Source: Candidatus Altimarinota bacterium (GTDB taxonomy: Bacteria > Patescibacteriota > Gracilibacteria > CAIRYL01). Taken from it: a stretch of DNA of 64,000 nt. The first letter of the stretch is position 1, and each line of letters opens with the position of its first letter. Positions 35,929 through 50,271 of this stretch are shown here, piece by piece. The position numbers and the translations under genes are program-made. Where the stretch lies: the NCBI GenBank assembly GCA_965250085.1, contig OZ252287.1:1056001-1120000 (forward strand). Direction: 5' to 3'. The notes beneath the pieces were generated by a model. The model saw only the letters and a program-made list of their open reading frames with translations. It did no database searches and was not told the DNA's origin.

Positions 35929-37200
35929 ATGCACCACCAACACAATTTCTCTGATAATCTTCGTCTTATTACTGCCCCAAGAAATGGAACGGAGGCCGTA
36001 ACTCTTTTGGTGCTTACAGGGGCTGGATCTCGAAATGAATGTGAAAACGAAAGAGGGATCTCCCACTTCTTAGAACACATGTTTTTTAAGGGCGGAAAAA
36101 AGTTTCAAAGCGCAAAACAAGTTGCTGAGGCGATAGACAGCGTAGGCGGAGATTTTAATGCCTTTACCGGCAAGGAATACGCTGGATACTATGTAAAAAC
36201 TGCAGCAGAAAATGCAAAAGTTGCATTTGATGTACTCTCAGACATGCTGCTCCACGCCACCTTCCCGCAAAATGAAATTGAAAAAGAGCGAGGCGTTATC
36301 CTCCAGGAATACAACATGTATGAAGACACGCCGATGTATAAAATCGGCTGGGATTTTGAAGAACTTCTTTTTAGTAATGATCATCCTATGGGATGGGATC
36401 AAATTGGTACCAAAAAACTTATTACTACGGTTAATCAAGATGATTTTCAAGCGTACAAAGCATCACTCTATACGCCGGACAATACGGTCATCATTGCTGC
36501 AGGAAATATTGAAAAAGAAGCAGCTAAAGATCTTACAGAAAAATATTTCATATTCGATAAAACCTCTCAATCACGCCATCATATTCCATTTATTTGGTCA
36601 GAAAAAAACAAAAGAATTCATATTCGCGATAAAAAAACAGAGCAAGCCCATCTCGTCATGGGATACCCTGGGCTTCCTATGGAACACAAAGATGAATACG
36701 TCATGCAACTTCTTGCAGTAATACTCGGGGGGAACATGAGCTCTCGCATGTTTCTCAATATTCGCGAAGCTCATGGACTGTGCTATTCCATTTCCACAAG
36801 TACTGACCGATACACTGATTGTGGAGTGATTTCCACTCATGCTGGAGTTGATATTCCTCGCGCTGAGAAAGCCATTATTGCTATTAAAAGAGAGTATGAA
36901 CGAATGACAGAAGAAAAAGTCTCTGATCAAGAACTTCAAAAGGCAAAAAACTTTCTCAAAGGAAAAATCACTTTGCGCATGGAAGATAGCGAGCAGATCG
37001 CAAGTTTTTTTGGAACACAAGCGCTCCTGAGATCTGAGGTCAAAACATTGGACGATGTCTTTAACGCGGTCAATTCAGTGACAGCAGATGATATCTTCAG
37101 AGTGGCTCAAGAACTGTTTGTTCCTGCCAAGCTTTCTTTGGCGATGATTGGTCCATTCTCTGGCCAAGAGGAGAAATTTGAAGCGTTGCTCAGAGATTAG
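35929..37200 (+). CDS. M16 family zinc peptidase
   Basis: Inverted zinc motif 'SHFLEHMFFKG', 'NAFTGKE', 'SSRMFLNIREAHGLCY'. Confidence 0.95.
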   Translation: MHHQHNFSDNLRLITAPRNGTEAVTLLVLTGAGSRNECENERGISHFLEHMFFKGGKKFQSAKQVAEAIDSVGGDFNAFTGKEYAGYYVKTAAENAKVAFDVLSDMLLHATFPQNEIEKERGVILQEYNMYEDTPMYKIGWDFEELLFSNDHPMGWDQIGTKKLITTVNQDDFQAYKASLYTPDNTVIIAAGNIEKEAAKDLTEKYFIFDKTSQSRHHIPFIWSEKNKRIHIRDKKTEQAHLVMGYPGLPMEHKDEYVMQLLAVILGGNMSSRMFLNIREAHGLCYSISTSTDRYTDCGVISTHAGVDIPRAEKAIIAIKREYERMTEEKVSDQELQKAKNFLKGKITLRMEDSEQIASFFGTQALLRSEVKTLDDVFNAVNSVTADDIFRVAQELFVPAKLSLAMIGPFSGQEEKFEALLRD

Positions 37201-37252
37201 TTTTTATCAGTACTGTGTCTGGTTCCTTTAAAAATTTAATCGAAGAGTTGGT

Positions 37253-37345
37253 TTAATTCCCCGACCCTCAGGGTTGGAAAGATTTGTTTGCGAAGCAAAC
37301 TTTCCTTCAGCAATACCTCGAGGCTCTGCCTCGGGGTAGTTTATT
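37253..37345. mobile_element. Non-autonomous hairpin element resembling IS200/IS605 ends (PATE/MITE-like)
   Basis: TTAATTCCCCGACCC-TCA-GGGTTGG, then GTTTGC-GAA-GCAAAC, then TACCTCGAGG-CTCTG-CCTCGGGGTAGTTTATT. Confidence 0.55.
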
Positions 37346-37369
37346 CTCCACACAACCTCATAACCCCCG

Positions 37370-37395
37370 TATACAGCATACTAGTATGCTGTATA
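37370..37395. repeat. Perfect 26-bp palindrome
   Basis: TATACAGCATACTAGTATGCTGTATA. Confidence 0.8.
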
Positions 37396-37508
37396 TGGAT
37401 TGACGGTAGATGCTAAACTAAATGGAGGGTGAGTAATGGAGGGCAAAGGTTTCTTCTTTTTCATATAGAGAGTATTATCAAGTACACCTCTATATTTTTT
37501 ATAGTCAT

Positions 37509-37898
37509 ATGTCCAAACCAAAACTCAATTTTGCACATCTGTGTGATAACGCATTTCTTTCACAAGACAATAAGCTCAATATTATCGGTATTTTTCGTGA
37601 GATCTATTCACAAAAATTTCCCTTTCGCTATCCCAAAATGGCAGTGGTGATGAATGTAACAGTGGAGAAAGGCATGCATCCATTCGCAATCCATATGATG
37701 AAAGAGGGAACCACAGATCCGGTAATGAAGATGCAGGGCGAGGTAAAATCAAGCGAAACAAAGGATTTTAATCTTATCATTGATCTCGCAAATATCGCTT
37801 TTGAAGACCAACGAAAATATAGAATAGATATTCTTATGGAAGATGAAGTTATCGGAGCCATTCCATTCGAGATAAAGCTTATGCCACAGAAAAAATAG
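37509..37898 (+). CDS. Small beta-rich protein (DUF6941-like)
   Basis: 'FAHLCDNA..SQDNKLNIIGIF.EIY...FPFRYP'. Confidence 0.7.
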   Translation: MSKPKLNFAHLCDNAFLSQDNKLNIIGIFREIYSQKFPFRYPKMAVVMNVTVEKGMHPFAIHMMKEGTTDPVMKMQGEVKSSETKDFNLIIDLANIAFEDQRKYRIDILMEDEVIGAIPFEIKLMPQKK

Positions 37899-39174
37899 TC
37901 TCTATTTTTATATATTCGAGCGCAGTTGGAATAGAAAAATTAAGAAGATGATGAATCTTAGAAAGGGTATTTGCGGAGTAGACACAAATGCGTATTTCCG
38001 TGTCTTTGTAATCTGCTCCATATCCGGCTTGGATAAGAGTATGGAGAAGAGGACCTTCCTTCATGTGTTTTATAAGATCTTGAGCAGAAATACTTTCTGG
38101 TAATCTCATGACATGAGAAGTAGTGGATTGTATTCTTGGATCCTCAGTAACCATACTAATGCCTTTTTTTCCTAGTTCCCCTTCACGTACTGCTTCAGTA
38201 ATGAGCCTTCTTGCTTCTAATTGTAACTCCGCGACTTCTTTCCATCTTTCATCAGTACCATACATACGTTCTAATATAATTCGCTCACGATAGAGCTCTC
38301 CCATGGGTGGAGTCTGCATTGTTTGCCCCCTCTCTGCCATCCTTTTTTCATTTGTTCCATACGCCGCCTGTATCCCGAGCTTACCTCCCGTATCAAGTCC
38401 AGATCTTTGTACTTCTTGAGCTCGTGCCAGTGCTCTGTTATTAAACAGTAATATTCCGGAACCAGGTCCAATTGCCGGTTGTTTTTGGTTTGCCCAAAAA
38501 ATAATATCGGGAATATACTCTCTTTCTGCTCCAATTATTTGCGAAGACACTGCATCAACAACTATTACTGTATTTAGCTCTTCCTTATCCCTTATCCTTA
38601 CTAATTCTTGGATAGCCTGTGATTGATTGGCTCCTGTGGTGGTTCCGTTTTCTGTGAGATAAAGGGTTGCAATACTTTCATCTCGCATTCCTTCCACAAT
38701 ACCTCGAAACTCTCGCTGCTCCTTTCCAACAAGAGCATGACCCCTCTGGAATCTAATCGCTTTATATCTTCTCCCCATAGCCTTCATTTCACTTTCAGCG
38801 ACTCGAGAAAAGTTATCAGTATCTACTAGTACTGTGCTCTCTGCAAAGCAAGCAGCGCGTATAGTTCTTTCCATCCCATCTGTTCCAGAGTTTGTATGAG
38901 CCACATGCCACCCTTCAGGAGTTTCTGAAAAATCTGTAAAATCAGCGTCTCTTAAATCTTCAGAAATACCAAGCATATCAAATACTCTTATATTAATTCC
39001 CTTTATGAGGAACTGTGCAAATTCACCCCTGTGGCTTTCTTCTCTAGCGAGTTCAAGTATTTTTCGAAATTCCCAATCCTCTTTTATACAAAGACGATGT
39101 ATTTTACTTGGCCCCGCTGTATATCGTTCTATATCTTGAGGGGTAGGTAATTCCAAAGATTGTCCAATTGCCAT
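37879..39174 (-). CDS. Divergent class V PLP aminotransferase (SerC-like)
   Basis: 'YTAGPS', 'TENGTTTG', 'VDAVSS', 'WANQK..IGPG', 'QTPP' parallel the phosphoserine aminotransferase motifs. Confidence 0.7.
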   Translation of the reverse strand: MAIGQSLELPTPQDIERYTAGPSKIHRLCIKEDWEFRKILELAREESHRGEFAQFLIKGINIRVFDMLGISEDLRDADFTDFSETPEGWHVAHTNSGTDGMERTIRAACFAESTVLVDTDNFSRVAESEMKAMGRRYKAIRFQRGHALVGKEQREFRGIVEGMRDESIATLYLTENGTTTGANQSQAIQELVRIRDKEELNTVIVVDAVSSQIIGAEREYIPDIIFWANQKQPAIGPGSGILLFNNRALARAQEVQRSGLDTGGKLGIQAAYGTNEKRMAERGQTMQTPPMGELYRERIILERMYGTDERWKEVAELQLEARRLITEAVREGELGKKGISMVTEDPRIQSTTSHVMRLPESISAQDLIKHMKEGPLLHTLIQAGYGADYKDTEIRICVYSANTLSKIHHLLNFSIPTALEYIKIETIFSVA

Positions 39175-39247
39175 ACATATTTAAAATAAAGCATCGATAC
39201 CATCTCAAATTGCACAAATTTTCGTCAAAACATTTATTTATTTTCTG

Positions 39248-42203
<2,956 letters not shown>

Positions 42204-42671
42204 CTAAGTATTGATAAGAAGAAAAGCAATGGCACATCCTAAAAATATTCCAGCCAACATTTCATAAAACGTATGCCCCAATCTCTCATCCAATTTTTTC
42301 TGTCCGAGAAGATAGTTGAGAACTTTGGCGTGTTGACCCGCTTCCCAGCGAATCTTTACCGAATCATATATTACCAGGAGTGCAAAAGCAGCACTAATAG
42401 CAAATTCAATAGACTCAGATCCCTTCAGGAGAAATGCTGTCATTGCAATACTGGAGGCGAGTGTAGAATGACCCGAAGGCATACCTCCACTGTGTCCAAA
42501 TTCGCCAAATAAGATCGCCCTTTTTTTGCAGCTGGCAATGGCAAACTTCAAACTTTCTGCTACAAATACTGCAACAAGTGGCACAAAGACAGGATAGGTA
42601 GCAAAAAAACTCACGTTCGGTGGGGAGGAAAAGTACAACTCCATTGTTTCAAAAAACAACAGTTCTCTCAA
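42204..42671 (-). CDS. Divergent PAP2 family (DUF212) membrane protein
   Basis: 'SGGMPSGHS', 'YDSVKIRWEAGQHA', 'LGHTFYE'. Confidence 0.9.
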   Translation of the reverse strand: MRELLFFETMELYFSSPPNVSFFATYPVFVPLVAVFVAESLKFAIASCKKRAILFGEFGHSGGMPSGHSTLASSIAMTAFLLKGSESIEFAISAAFALLVIYDSVKIRWEAGQHAKVLNYLLGQKKLDERLGHTFYEMLAGIFLGCAIAFLLINT

Positions 42672-42745
42672 GGTAACCGCTTCTCTCTTGAGGAATACGG
42701 AAGACCATATTTTTTGACATAATTTCTATTTTCAGTTTATAGTAA

Positions 42746-43192
42746 GTGTATCTTTTTCCTTTTACCCCCTTTTCTATGGAGATGCTCTTTCCTGGCGGCG
42801 CAGACTACGTCGCGTTATTGGCAACTACTATTGTTGTCTTTTTGTTTGGATTTATTTGGTATTCTCCTGGTGTTTTCGGGAAGACCTGGATGAAGCTTGT
42901 TGGTGTGAGCGAAGGCAAAAAAGAAGACATGCCCAAAACGATGTTGATGGGTTTTCTTAATACCCTTGTGGGAGTGTATGTCGTATGGCTCCTTATGGGC
43001 ATGGTAAATCTTGGTAGCACGCAGGAAGCATTTATGTTTGGGTTTATCCTCTGGCTTGGGTTTCAGGCAACCATGCTCGTTGGCGGATGTTTATGGGAAA
43101 AAAAGCCGGTACAACTCTTTTGGCTCAATGGTGCATATTATTTATTAGCCATTTGGATTACCATTCTGGTACTCATGAACTGGAAATGGTAA
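42746..43192 (+). CDS. DUF1761-like membrane protein
   Basis: 'GFIWYSPGVFGKTWMK', 'LWLGF', 'LFWLNGAY'. Start may be ATG 42776. Confidence 0.8.
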   Translation: MYLFPFTPFSMEMLFPGGADYVALLATTIVVFLFGFIWYSPGVFGKTWMKLVGVSEGKKEDMPKTMLMGFLNTLVGVYVVWLLMGMVNLGSTQEAFMFGFILWLGFQATMLVGGCLWEKKPVQLFWLNGAYYLLAIWITILVLMNWKW

Positions 43193-43313
43193 TCATTTCT
43201 CCTCTTTTTTCATAAAGGGGTATTGAACGGACTAAAATCTTTTTTATTCCTCTTGAACAAGGGAATGGCATTGATGTCGATTTTAAAAAACAAGTGATAT
43301 ACACTTATTATTG

Positions 43314-44123
43314 ATGAGTAATAAAATTGCATTTCTTGGTGCTGGGAACATGGGGGCATCAATACTTTCTGCCCTTCTGGCAAAACAAGTAGTTGCTCCA
43401 GAGGAGCTGAGTGTATGTGACAAAAGTGCTGAGAAACTCAAAATTTTTTCCCAACAGAGAATAACAGTTTCTCAAAATGCAGAAGAAATTCTTTCTGATG
43501 CCAAATTTGTATTTCTGGCCATAAAGCCGCAGGACTCAGGAGATTTTCTCACCACACTTTCTGGAAGTTTTGATCCACAGACAGTACTGGTATCTATTGC
43601 AGCTGGGCTCAATATGAGTTTTTTGAAGAAAAAAAGTGGACTTCAAAAAATTGTACGCGTTATGCCCAACACACCGGCAATGGTGCATATGGGAGTTTCA
43701 GGAATGCATGTTTCTGAAGATGTTTCTCCAGAAGAAAAAAGCTTTGTACACACTCTTTTGGAAAGTTTTAGTACGGTGATCATGTGTGAGAGTGAAGATA
43801 AAATTGATGCGATCACCGCTCTTTCTGGCAGTGGACCAGCATATTTTTTTCGTATTCTTGAGATTTTTTCTCAGAAAGCTCAGGAATTAGGATTTAGCAA
43901 AGAAGAATCAGACAGTATTGCTCTAGAAACACTTCGAGGAGCAGGCACATTAGTCTCATTGTCTGGAGAGGAGTTTTCTGTACTTCGAAAAAAAGTTACT
44001 TCTAAAGGTGGTACCACTGAAGCAGCATTAAAAGTATTTGAAGAAAAAAAGCTTGAAGAAATACTCAATGCTGGAATTGATGCGGCAGTGGAGAGGGCGA
44101 AGGAATTAGGAGATGTACATTAA
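43314..44123 (+). CDS. proC: Pyrroline-5-carboxylate reductase
   Basis: 'FLGAGNMG', 'AIKPQ', 'VRVMPNTP', 'SGSGPAY', 'VTSKGGTT'. Confidence 0.97.
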   Translation: MSNKIAFLGAGNMGASILSALLAKQVVAPEELSVCDKSAEKLKIFSQQRITVSQNAEEILSDAKFVFLAIKPQDSGDFLTTLSGSFDPQTVLVSIAAGLNMSFLKKKSGLQKIVRVMPNTPAMVHMGVSGMHVSEDVSPEEKSFVHTLLESFSTVIMCESEDKIDAITALSGSGPAYFFRILEIFSQKAQELGFSKEESDSIALETLRGAGTLVSLSGEEFSVLRKKVTSKGGTTEAALKVFEEKKLEEILNAGIDAAVERAKELGDVH

Positions 44124-44177
44124 CTTAAATTCTCTTTCTGAGTTCTAAAAAAATGTTTTGGTAGAGTAAATATACTC

Positions 44178-44212
44178 AAAAACACTCCTTGGTTATTGTA
44201 AGAAGTGTTTTT
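44178..44212. terminator. Putative bidirectional terminator between convergent proC and groEL
   Basis: AAAAACACTCCTT-GGTTATTGT-AAGAAGTGTTTTT. Confidence 0.55.
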
Positions 44213-44215
44213 ATT

Positions 44216-44249
44216 AAATCCCCCTAGCCCCCTTTTTTAAAGGGGGAAT
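44216..44249 (+). repeat. C/G hairpin repeat, intergenic singlet
   Basis: AAATCCCCCTAGCCCCCTTTTTTAAAGGGGGAAT. Confidence 0.9.
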
Positions 44250-44259
44250 AAATTTTGTA

Positions 44260-45927
<1,668 letters not shown>

Positions 45928-45948
45928 TTAAAAGTAAAAATAAAAAAA

Positions 45949-46215
45949 TTAAAGAGTTCCGAGAATGTCTTCTTCTTTCATGAGGAGATATTCTGTGCCT
46001 TCTATTGTAATTTCTGTAGGAGAAGGAGAATAGGTTTTAAATAATACGGTGTCTCCTTTTTTGACTGCTTTGCAGTCTGGCCCAACAGAAAGAACAGAGC
46101 CTTGTTGAGGTCTATCTTTAGAGACAGTGTCAGGGATCACAATACCTGAAGCACGAACTTCTTCGGCATCCTCAGCTCTGACAACTACATTGTCAAAAAT
46201 AGGTGTAATCTTCAT
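45949..46215 (-). CDS. groS: Co-chaperonin GroES
   Basis: 'ITPIFDNVVV...SGIVIPDT..DRPQQG.VLSVG...EEDIL'. Confidence 0.95.
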   Translation of the reverse strand: MKITPIFDNVVVRAEDAEEVRASGIVIPDTVSKDRPQQGSVLSVGPDCKAVKKGDTVLFKTYSPSPTEITIEGTEYLLMKEEDILGTL

Positions 46216-46243
46216 ATATTTTTAATGTAAAAGAAGCTAAAAT

Positions 46244-46270
46244 TTAGCACTCTTTTATTTCGAGTGCCAG
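46244..46270 (-). promoter_or_regulatory. CIRCE element (HrcA operator)
   Basis: TTAGCACTC-N9-GAGTGCCAG upstream of groES; TTGACG-16-TAAAAT promoter lies just upstream on the minus strand. Confidence 0.9.
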
Positions 46271-46432
46271 AACATTTTATAGAAAACCAAACAAGCGTCA
46301 AGAGTTTTTTATCTTTTATGCAGTGAGAATTTATACAAAGGCACCCCACCAATTTTTGACTTTATATGCAAAACATATGTACAATCATACTCAAGTAATC
46401 TTCTCTTTTTTTCTCCTTTTTTCTTTTTTCTT

Positions 46433-47917
46433 ATGGCAACTCGTCAAAAATGGCCAAGTCGTTATATCTATATTCTAGCGGCTATTGGTTGTGCTGCTGG
46501 TCTTGGGAATTTTTGGCGATTCCCTATGTTAGCGTATGAATACGGTGGCAGCGCCTTTATTATAGCCCTTCTTATTTCTAATATTTTAATCGTGTATCCA
46601 CTGGTCATGTTTGAAACCATTATTGGTCAGCGCTTTCAAGCAGGTGCTCCCAAGTCTATGGAAAAACTCAAAAAAGGTACTGCTTGGATCCAATGGATTC
46701 CCTTGTTCGCACTCATATTTATCCTTATGTACTACGCGCCAATCATGGCGTGGGGAGTTAAGTATCTTTTTCAGGCATTTTCTGGAGAGTTTTTAGCGGA
46801 TCCATCGACCTATTTTGCGACCGATATTTTGCACCTGACGGATTCTGTAGGAGAGAGAGGAATGTTTAATTCAGGCTTATTTCAAGCACTCCTGGCTTCA
46901 TATGCAGTAGTAGCCGTCTGTATGTGGAAGGGCATTGGTTCTGTCTCACATGTGGTCAAATTTACGGCAACAGCTCCTTTTATTCTCTTGTTTATTTTGC
47001 TGCTGAGAGGGGTTACATTGCCAGGGGCAGAAGAAGGACTCAGGGCATTTTTTGTGCCGGATTGGAGTGCTCTCAAAGATATCAAGCTTTGGCAAGCAGC
47101 TATAGGGCAGAGTTTTTTTAGTGCTTCTTTAGCTTTTGGATACTTTACTATGGCGGGAAGTCATCGAAGCCAAAGAGCAGAAGTTCCCAAATCAAGTATC
47201 TGGATCATTGCTGGAAATTTTGGAGTTTCGCTCTTGGCAGGAATTGCGGTCTTTTCTACACTTGGCTTTATGGCCTTGCAACAGGGTGTACCGGTGTCCG
47301 AAGCGGCACAAGGTGGGCCGATGCTTGCCTTTTCTGTCATGCCTACAGCAATTTCTATGATGCCGGCGTTTAAGATCTTACTGGCAGTACTTCTCTTCTT
47401 AGTCATCATCACTCTCGCCATAGATTCTATCTTTGGAATTGTGGAATCTATTTCTGCAGGATTTTTGGATCTCAAAAAGAAATATTCTCATGAGCTTCAT
47501 ACTACTCTCTCTATTTTACTTGTTTGTTTTCTCGGAGGAATTCCTTTTATGTTTGGAGCAGGTCTCTATTACTTGGACATCTTGGATCATTTTGTAGGAG
47601 GGTATCTCCTGGTGTTTATTGGATTTTTGGAATGTTTTGTTGCAGCGTATTTAGTGGGTCCAGAAAAAATACGTGGGTGGATCAATGAGACAAACACGAC
47701 ACTTAAAATTGGGAAAACATTCAACTATCTCCTGTATATTATTCCCATTGTACTCGGGTACATTTTGTTTGCAGTATTGGGACAGGAGTTCAAAACTCCT
47801 TATGAAGGATATCCAGCATGGGCACTTACGTGGATAGGAGGAGTGCCGCTTGCGATGGTGATTATCCTCTCTCTCATTTTTGGATATCTCACTTCTCGGA
47901 AAGAGAGTGGCAAGTAG
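46433..47917 (+). CDS. Sodium-dependent transporter, NSS/SNF family
   Basis: 'AAIGCAAGLGNFWRFP..YEYGGSAF', 'W.AAIGQSFFS', 'GPMLAF'. Confidence 0.95.
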   Translation: MATRQKWPSRYIYILAAIGCAAGLGNFWRFPMLAYEYGGSAFIIALLISNILIVYPLVMFETIIGQRFQAGAPKSMEKLKKGTAWIQWIPLFALIFILMYYAPIMAWGVKYLFQAFSGEFLADPSTYFATDILHLTDSVGERGMFNSGLFQALLASYAVVAVCMWKGIGSVSHVVKFTATAPFILLFILLLRGVTLPGAEEGLRAFFVPDWSALKDIKLWQAAIGQSFFSASLAFGYFTMAGSHRSQRAEVPKSSIWIIAGNFGVSLLAGIAVFSTLGFMALQQGVPVSEAAQGGPMLAFSVMPTAISMMPAFKILLAVLLFLVIITLAIDSIFGIVESISAGFLDLKKKYSHELHTTLSILLVCFLGGIPFMFGAGLYYLDILDHFVGGYLLVFIGFLECFVAAYLVGPEKIRGWINETNTTLKIGKTFNYLLYIIPIVLGYILFAVLGQEFKTPYEGYPAWALTWIGGVPLAMVIILSLIFGYLTSRKESGK

Positions 47918-48009
47918 GGTAATTACATTCAAAGGAGAGGTAGGATATATTACAGATTTTGTGAGAAACAAATTTCTTTTTTTTTGAAAAACCTCCACAA
48001 TGCAGATAC

Positions 48010-48098
48010 AATTTTGAATTATAAATTTTGAATGTTGAATTCAAAATCTCGTTTCTTGCTTCAATCTAACGTTCAAAATTCATCATTTAACATTTTGA
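48010..48098. repeat. Heptamer element with inverted arms upstream of gap
   Basis: AATTTTG AATTATA AATTTTG AATGTTG AATTCAA ... GTTCAAA ATTCATC ATTTAAC ATTTTGA. Confidence 0.7.
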
Positions 48099-48102
48099 AA
48101 GT

Positions 48103-49107
48103 ATGCTCAAAGTTGCTCTGAACGGATATGGTCGTATCGGTCGTAATTTGCACCGAATTCTCATTGAAAATGATAATATAGAGGTCGTAGCCATTAATAA
48201 CCGGAGCAAAAATGCAAAAATGCGGGCGCATTTACTCAAGTATGATTCGCTTCACGGTAAATTGGATGCAGAAGTATCTCATACGGATGACGCACTCATT
48301 GTGAATGGGAAAAAAATAACTCTCCTTGCGCATTCAGATCCTGAAGAAGCACCATGGGGGGATTTTGATGTTGATGTTGTGGTTGCTGCGACTGGGCATG
48401 TTCGCACAAAAGAGAAAGCACAATCATTCTTGAGAGCTGGGGCCAAGAAGGTGCTCATCTCTGCTCCTATGAAGGATGACACTCCGACCTTTGTCTTTGG
48501 TGTCAATGACCATGAAATCACTGATGATATCAAGATCTTGAGTAATGCCTCATGTACCACCAATTCTATTGCTCCGCCCATGAAGGTGTTGGAGGAGCAC
48601 TTGGGAATAGAAAATGCATTTGTGACGTCTATTCATTCATTTACCAGTTCACAAAATCTTTTGGACAACGCCGCATCAGATTTTCGTCGAGCACGAAGTG
48701 CAGTCCAAAGCGTAATCCCAACTACTTCTGGAGCAATGAAAGCGATTTCACTAGTGATCCCTTCACTGGAAGGCAAGGTGGATGGACTCGCTTTTCGCGT
48801 TCCTATCGCGACCTCCTCTGTCAGTGATGTGCGATTTGTATTCAAAAAGGAAACGACAGAAAAAGAACTCAATGCTCTCATGAGAGAAGCCGCAGCAGGA
48901 TACATGAAAAACGTTCTTGCCGTTTCAGATGAGCCCCTCGTGTCTATAGACTTTAAGACCGACCCTCATTCATCGATTGTGGATGCCATGTCAACTAAAG
49001 TCATTGACGGGAAGTATGCCCAGATGCTGTATTGGTACGATAATGAATGGGGATATGCCAATCGATTAAAGGACTTTTTGGAAAAACTGGCGAGTTTCAA
49101 GAAATAA
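48103..49107 (+). CDS. gap: Type I glyceraldehyde-3-phosphate dehydrogenase
   Basis: 'NGYGRIGR', 'LKYDS.HG', catalytic 'ASCTTN', 'WYDNEWGY'. Confidence 0.97.
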   Translation: MLKVALNGYGRIGRNLHRILIENDNIEVVAINNRSKNAKMRAHLLKYDSLHGKLDAEVSHTDDALIVNGKKITLLAHSDPEEAPWGDFDVDVVVAATGHVRTKEKAQSFLRAGAKKVLISAPMKDDTPTFVFGVNDHEITDDIKILSNASCTTNSIAPPMKVLEEHLGIENAFVTSIHSFTSSQNLLDNAASDFRRARSAVQSVIPTTSGAMKAISLVIPSLEGKVDGLAFRVPIATSSVSDVRFVFKKETTEKELNALMREAAAGYMKNVLAVSDEPLVSIDFKTDPHSSIVDAMSTKVIDGKYAQMLYWYDNEWGYANRLKDFLEKLASFKK

Positions 49108-49118
49108 AATATCTAAAG

Positions 49119-49253
49119 AAATTTCTAATGACTAATTGCTCTAATAACTAATGAATATCCAATGTCAAAATGCCTAAAAATAAAAAACAGAGTATTGTTT
49201 ATTTGTGCATTCGTCATTAGGATTTGATTAGACATTAGGTCAATTAGGAATTT
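49119..49253. repeat. Heptamer element with inverted arms between gap and fbp
   Basis: AATTTCT AATGACT AATTGCT ... AATGTCA AAATGCC; opposite arm CATTCGT CATTAGG ATTAGAC ATTAGGT CAATTAGGAATT. Confidence 0.7.
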
Positions 49254-49266
49254 TTATTTCATTTTT

Positions 49267-50190
49267 ATGTCTCAGCCATTTTTTCTTCATAATTTTCTTC
49301 AGGAGCATTCTGATGATGCAGATCTCAGATCGCTCATATCTCATATTGCACGTGCGGGAAAATATGTAGTCCATGCGCTGCAGCATGAGCATCTCGGACT
49401 TGCTGGAAGCACCAATGTGCAAGGGGAAGAGCAGCTCAAACTCGATGTTTTGGCGGATCAAATCTTCTGCCGTCATATCAGCGAAAGCAATGTGGCATGT
49501 GTTTTGGCGTCTGAAGAGCAGGAGGGAGAAATGGAGCTGATGGGAGAAATCGGAAAATATTCAGTTGCCTTTGACCCTCTTGATGGATCTTCATTGGTGG
49601 ACTGCAATTTGGCGATTGGAAGTGTGTTTGGTATCTATCAGGGAAGAGGATTTGTAGGAAAGACGCCTCGTACTATGGCGGCGGCTGGGTTTATCATTTA
49701 CGGTCCGCGTACCACGATGATGCTTTCTGTGGGAGACGGAGTACATGAGTTTCTCCTGAATGACTTTGGAGAATTTGAACTCATCAAAGAAAACATTACA
49801 GTAGGAGCTGATGCCGGTATTTTTGCCCCAGGAAATCTCCGTGCAGCAGCAGAAAGAAAGGACTATAAAGATCTGGTAAATTCCTGGATGAGTGACACCC
49901 TTACCCTCCGATACTCTGGAGGAATGGTTCCGGACATTAATGCTATTTTTTCCAAATCACATGGCATTTTTTGCTATCCATCCCATAGTAAGTATCCAAA
50001 AGGAAAGCTTCGTTTACTCTACGAATGTGGTCCCATGGCATATCTCATGGAACAATCTGGAGGCAGTGCCAAAGATGAAAAGGGGACAAAAATTCTCGAT
50101 CTTCCCATAGAAGATATTCACCAAAGAACCACTATTTTTATCGGTTCTTCGCATGCGGTAGATCAGGCCTTGAAGAAATTAAAAAAATAA
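49267..50190 (+). CDS. fbp: Fructose-1,6-bisphosphatase class I
   Basis: 'NVQGEEQLKLDV', 'ASEE', 'FDPLDGSS', 'RYSGGMVPD', 'GKLRLLYEC'. Confidence 0.97.
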   Translation: MSQPFFLHNFLQEHSDDADLRSLISHIARAGKYVVHALQHEHLGLAGSTNVQGEEQLKLDVLADQIFCRHISESNVACVLASEEQEGEMELMGEIGKYSVAFDPLDGSSLVDCNLAIGSVFGIYQGRGFVGKTPRTMAAAGFIIYGPRTTMMLSVGDGVHEFLLNDFGEFELIKENITVGADAGIFAPGNLRAAAERKDYKDLVNSWMSDTLTLRYSGGMVPDINAIFSKSHGIFCYPSHSKYPKGKLRLLYECGPMAYLMEQSGGSAKDEKGTKILDLPIEDIHQRTTIFIGSSHAVDQALKKLKK

Positions 50191-50271
50191 CATTTCTTTT
50201 CGTAGAGGATGGTTTATAATCATCTTGGACAAGTTTCAAACCTGTCCCTACAATTTCAACACAATGCACCC

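Noticed and set aside
35307-36080. 257-aa minus-strand ORF and other long antisense ORFs
   Set aside because: Shadows of recA, the M16 peptidase, groEL and other well-supported genes.
43197-43266. Possible further copies of the C/G hairpin repeat (CTCCTCTTTTTTCATAAAGGGG; ATTCCTCTTGAACAAGGGAAT)
   Set aside because: Stems are imperfect and the AAATCCCCCT tail is missing; they could be ordinary terminators.
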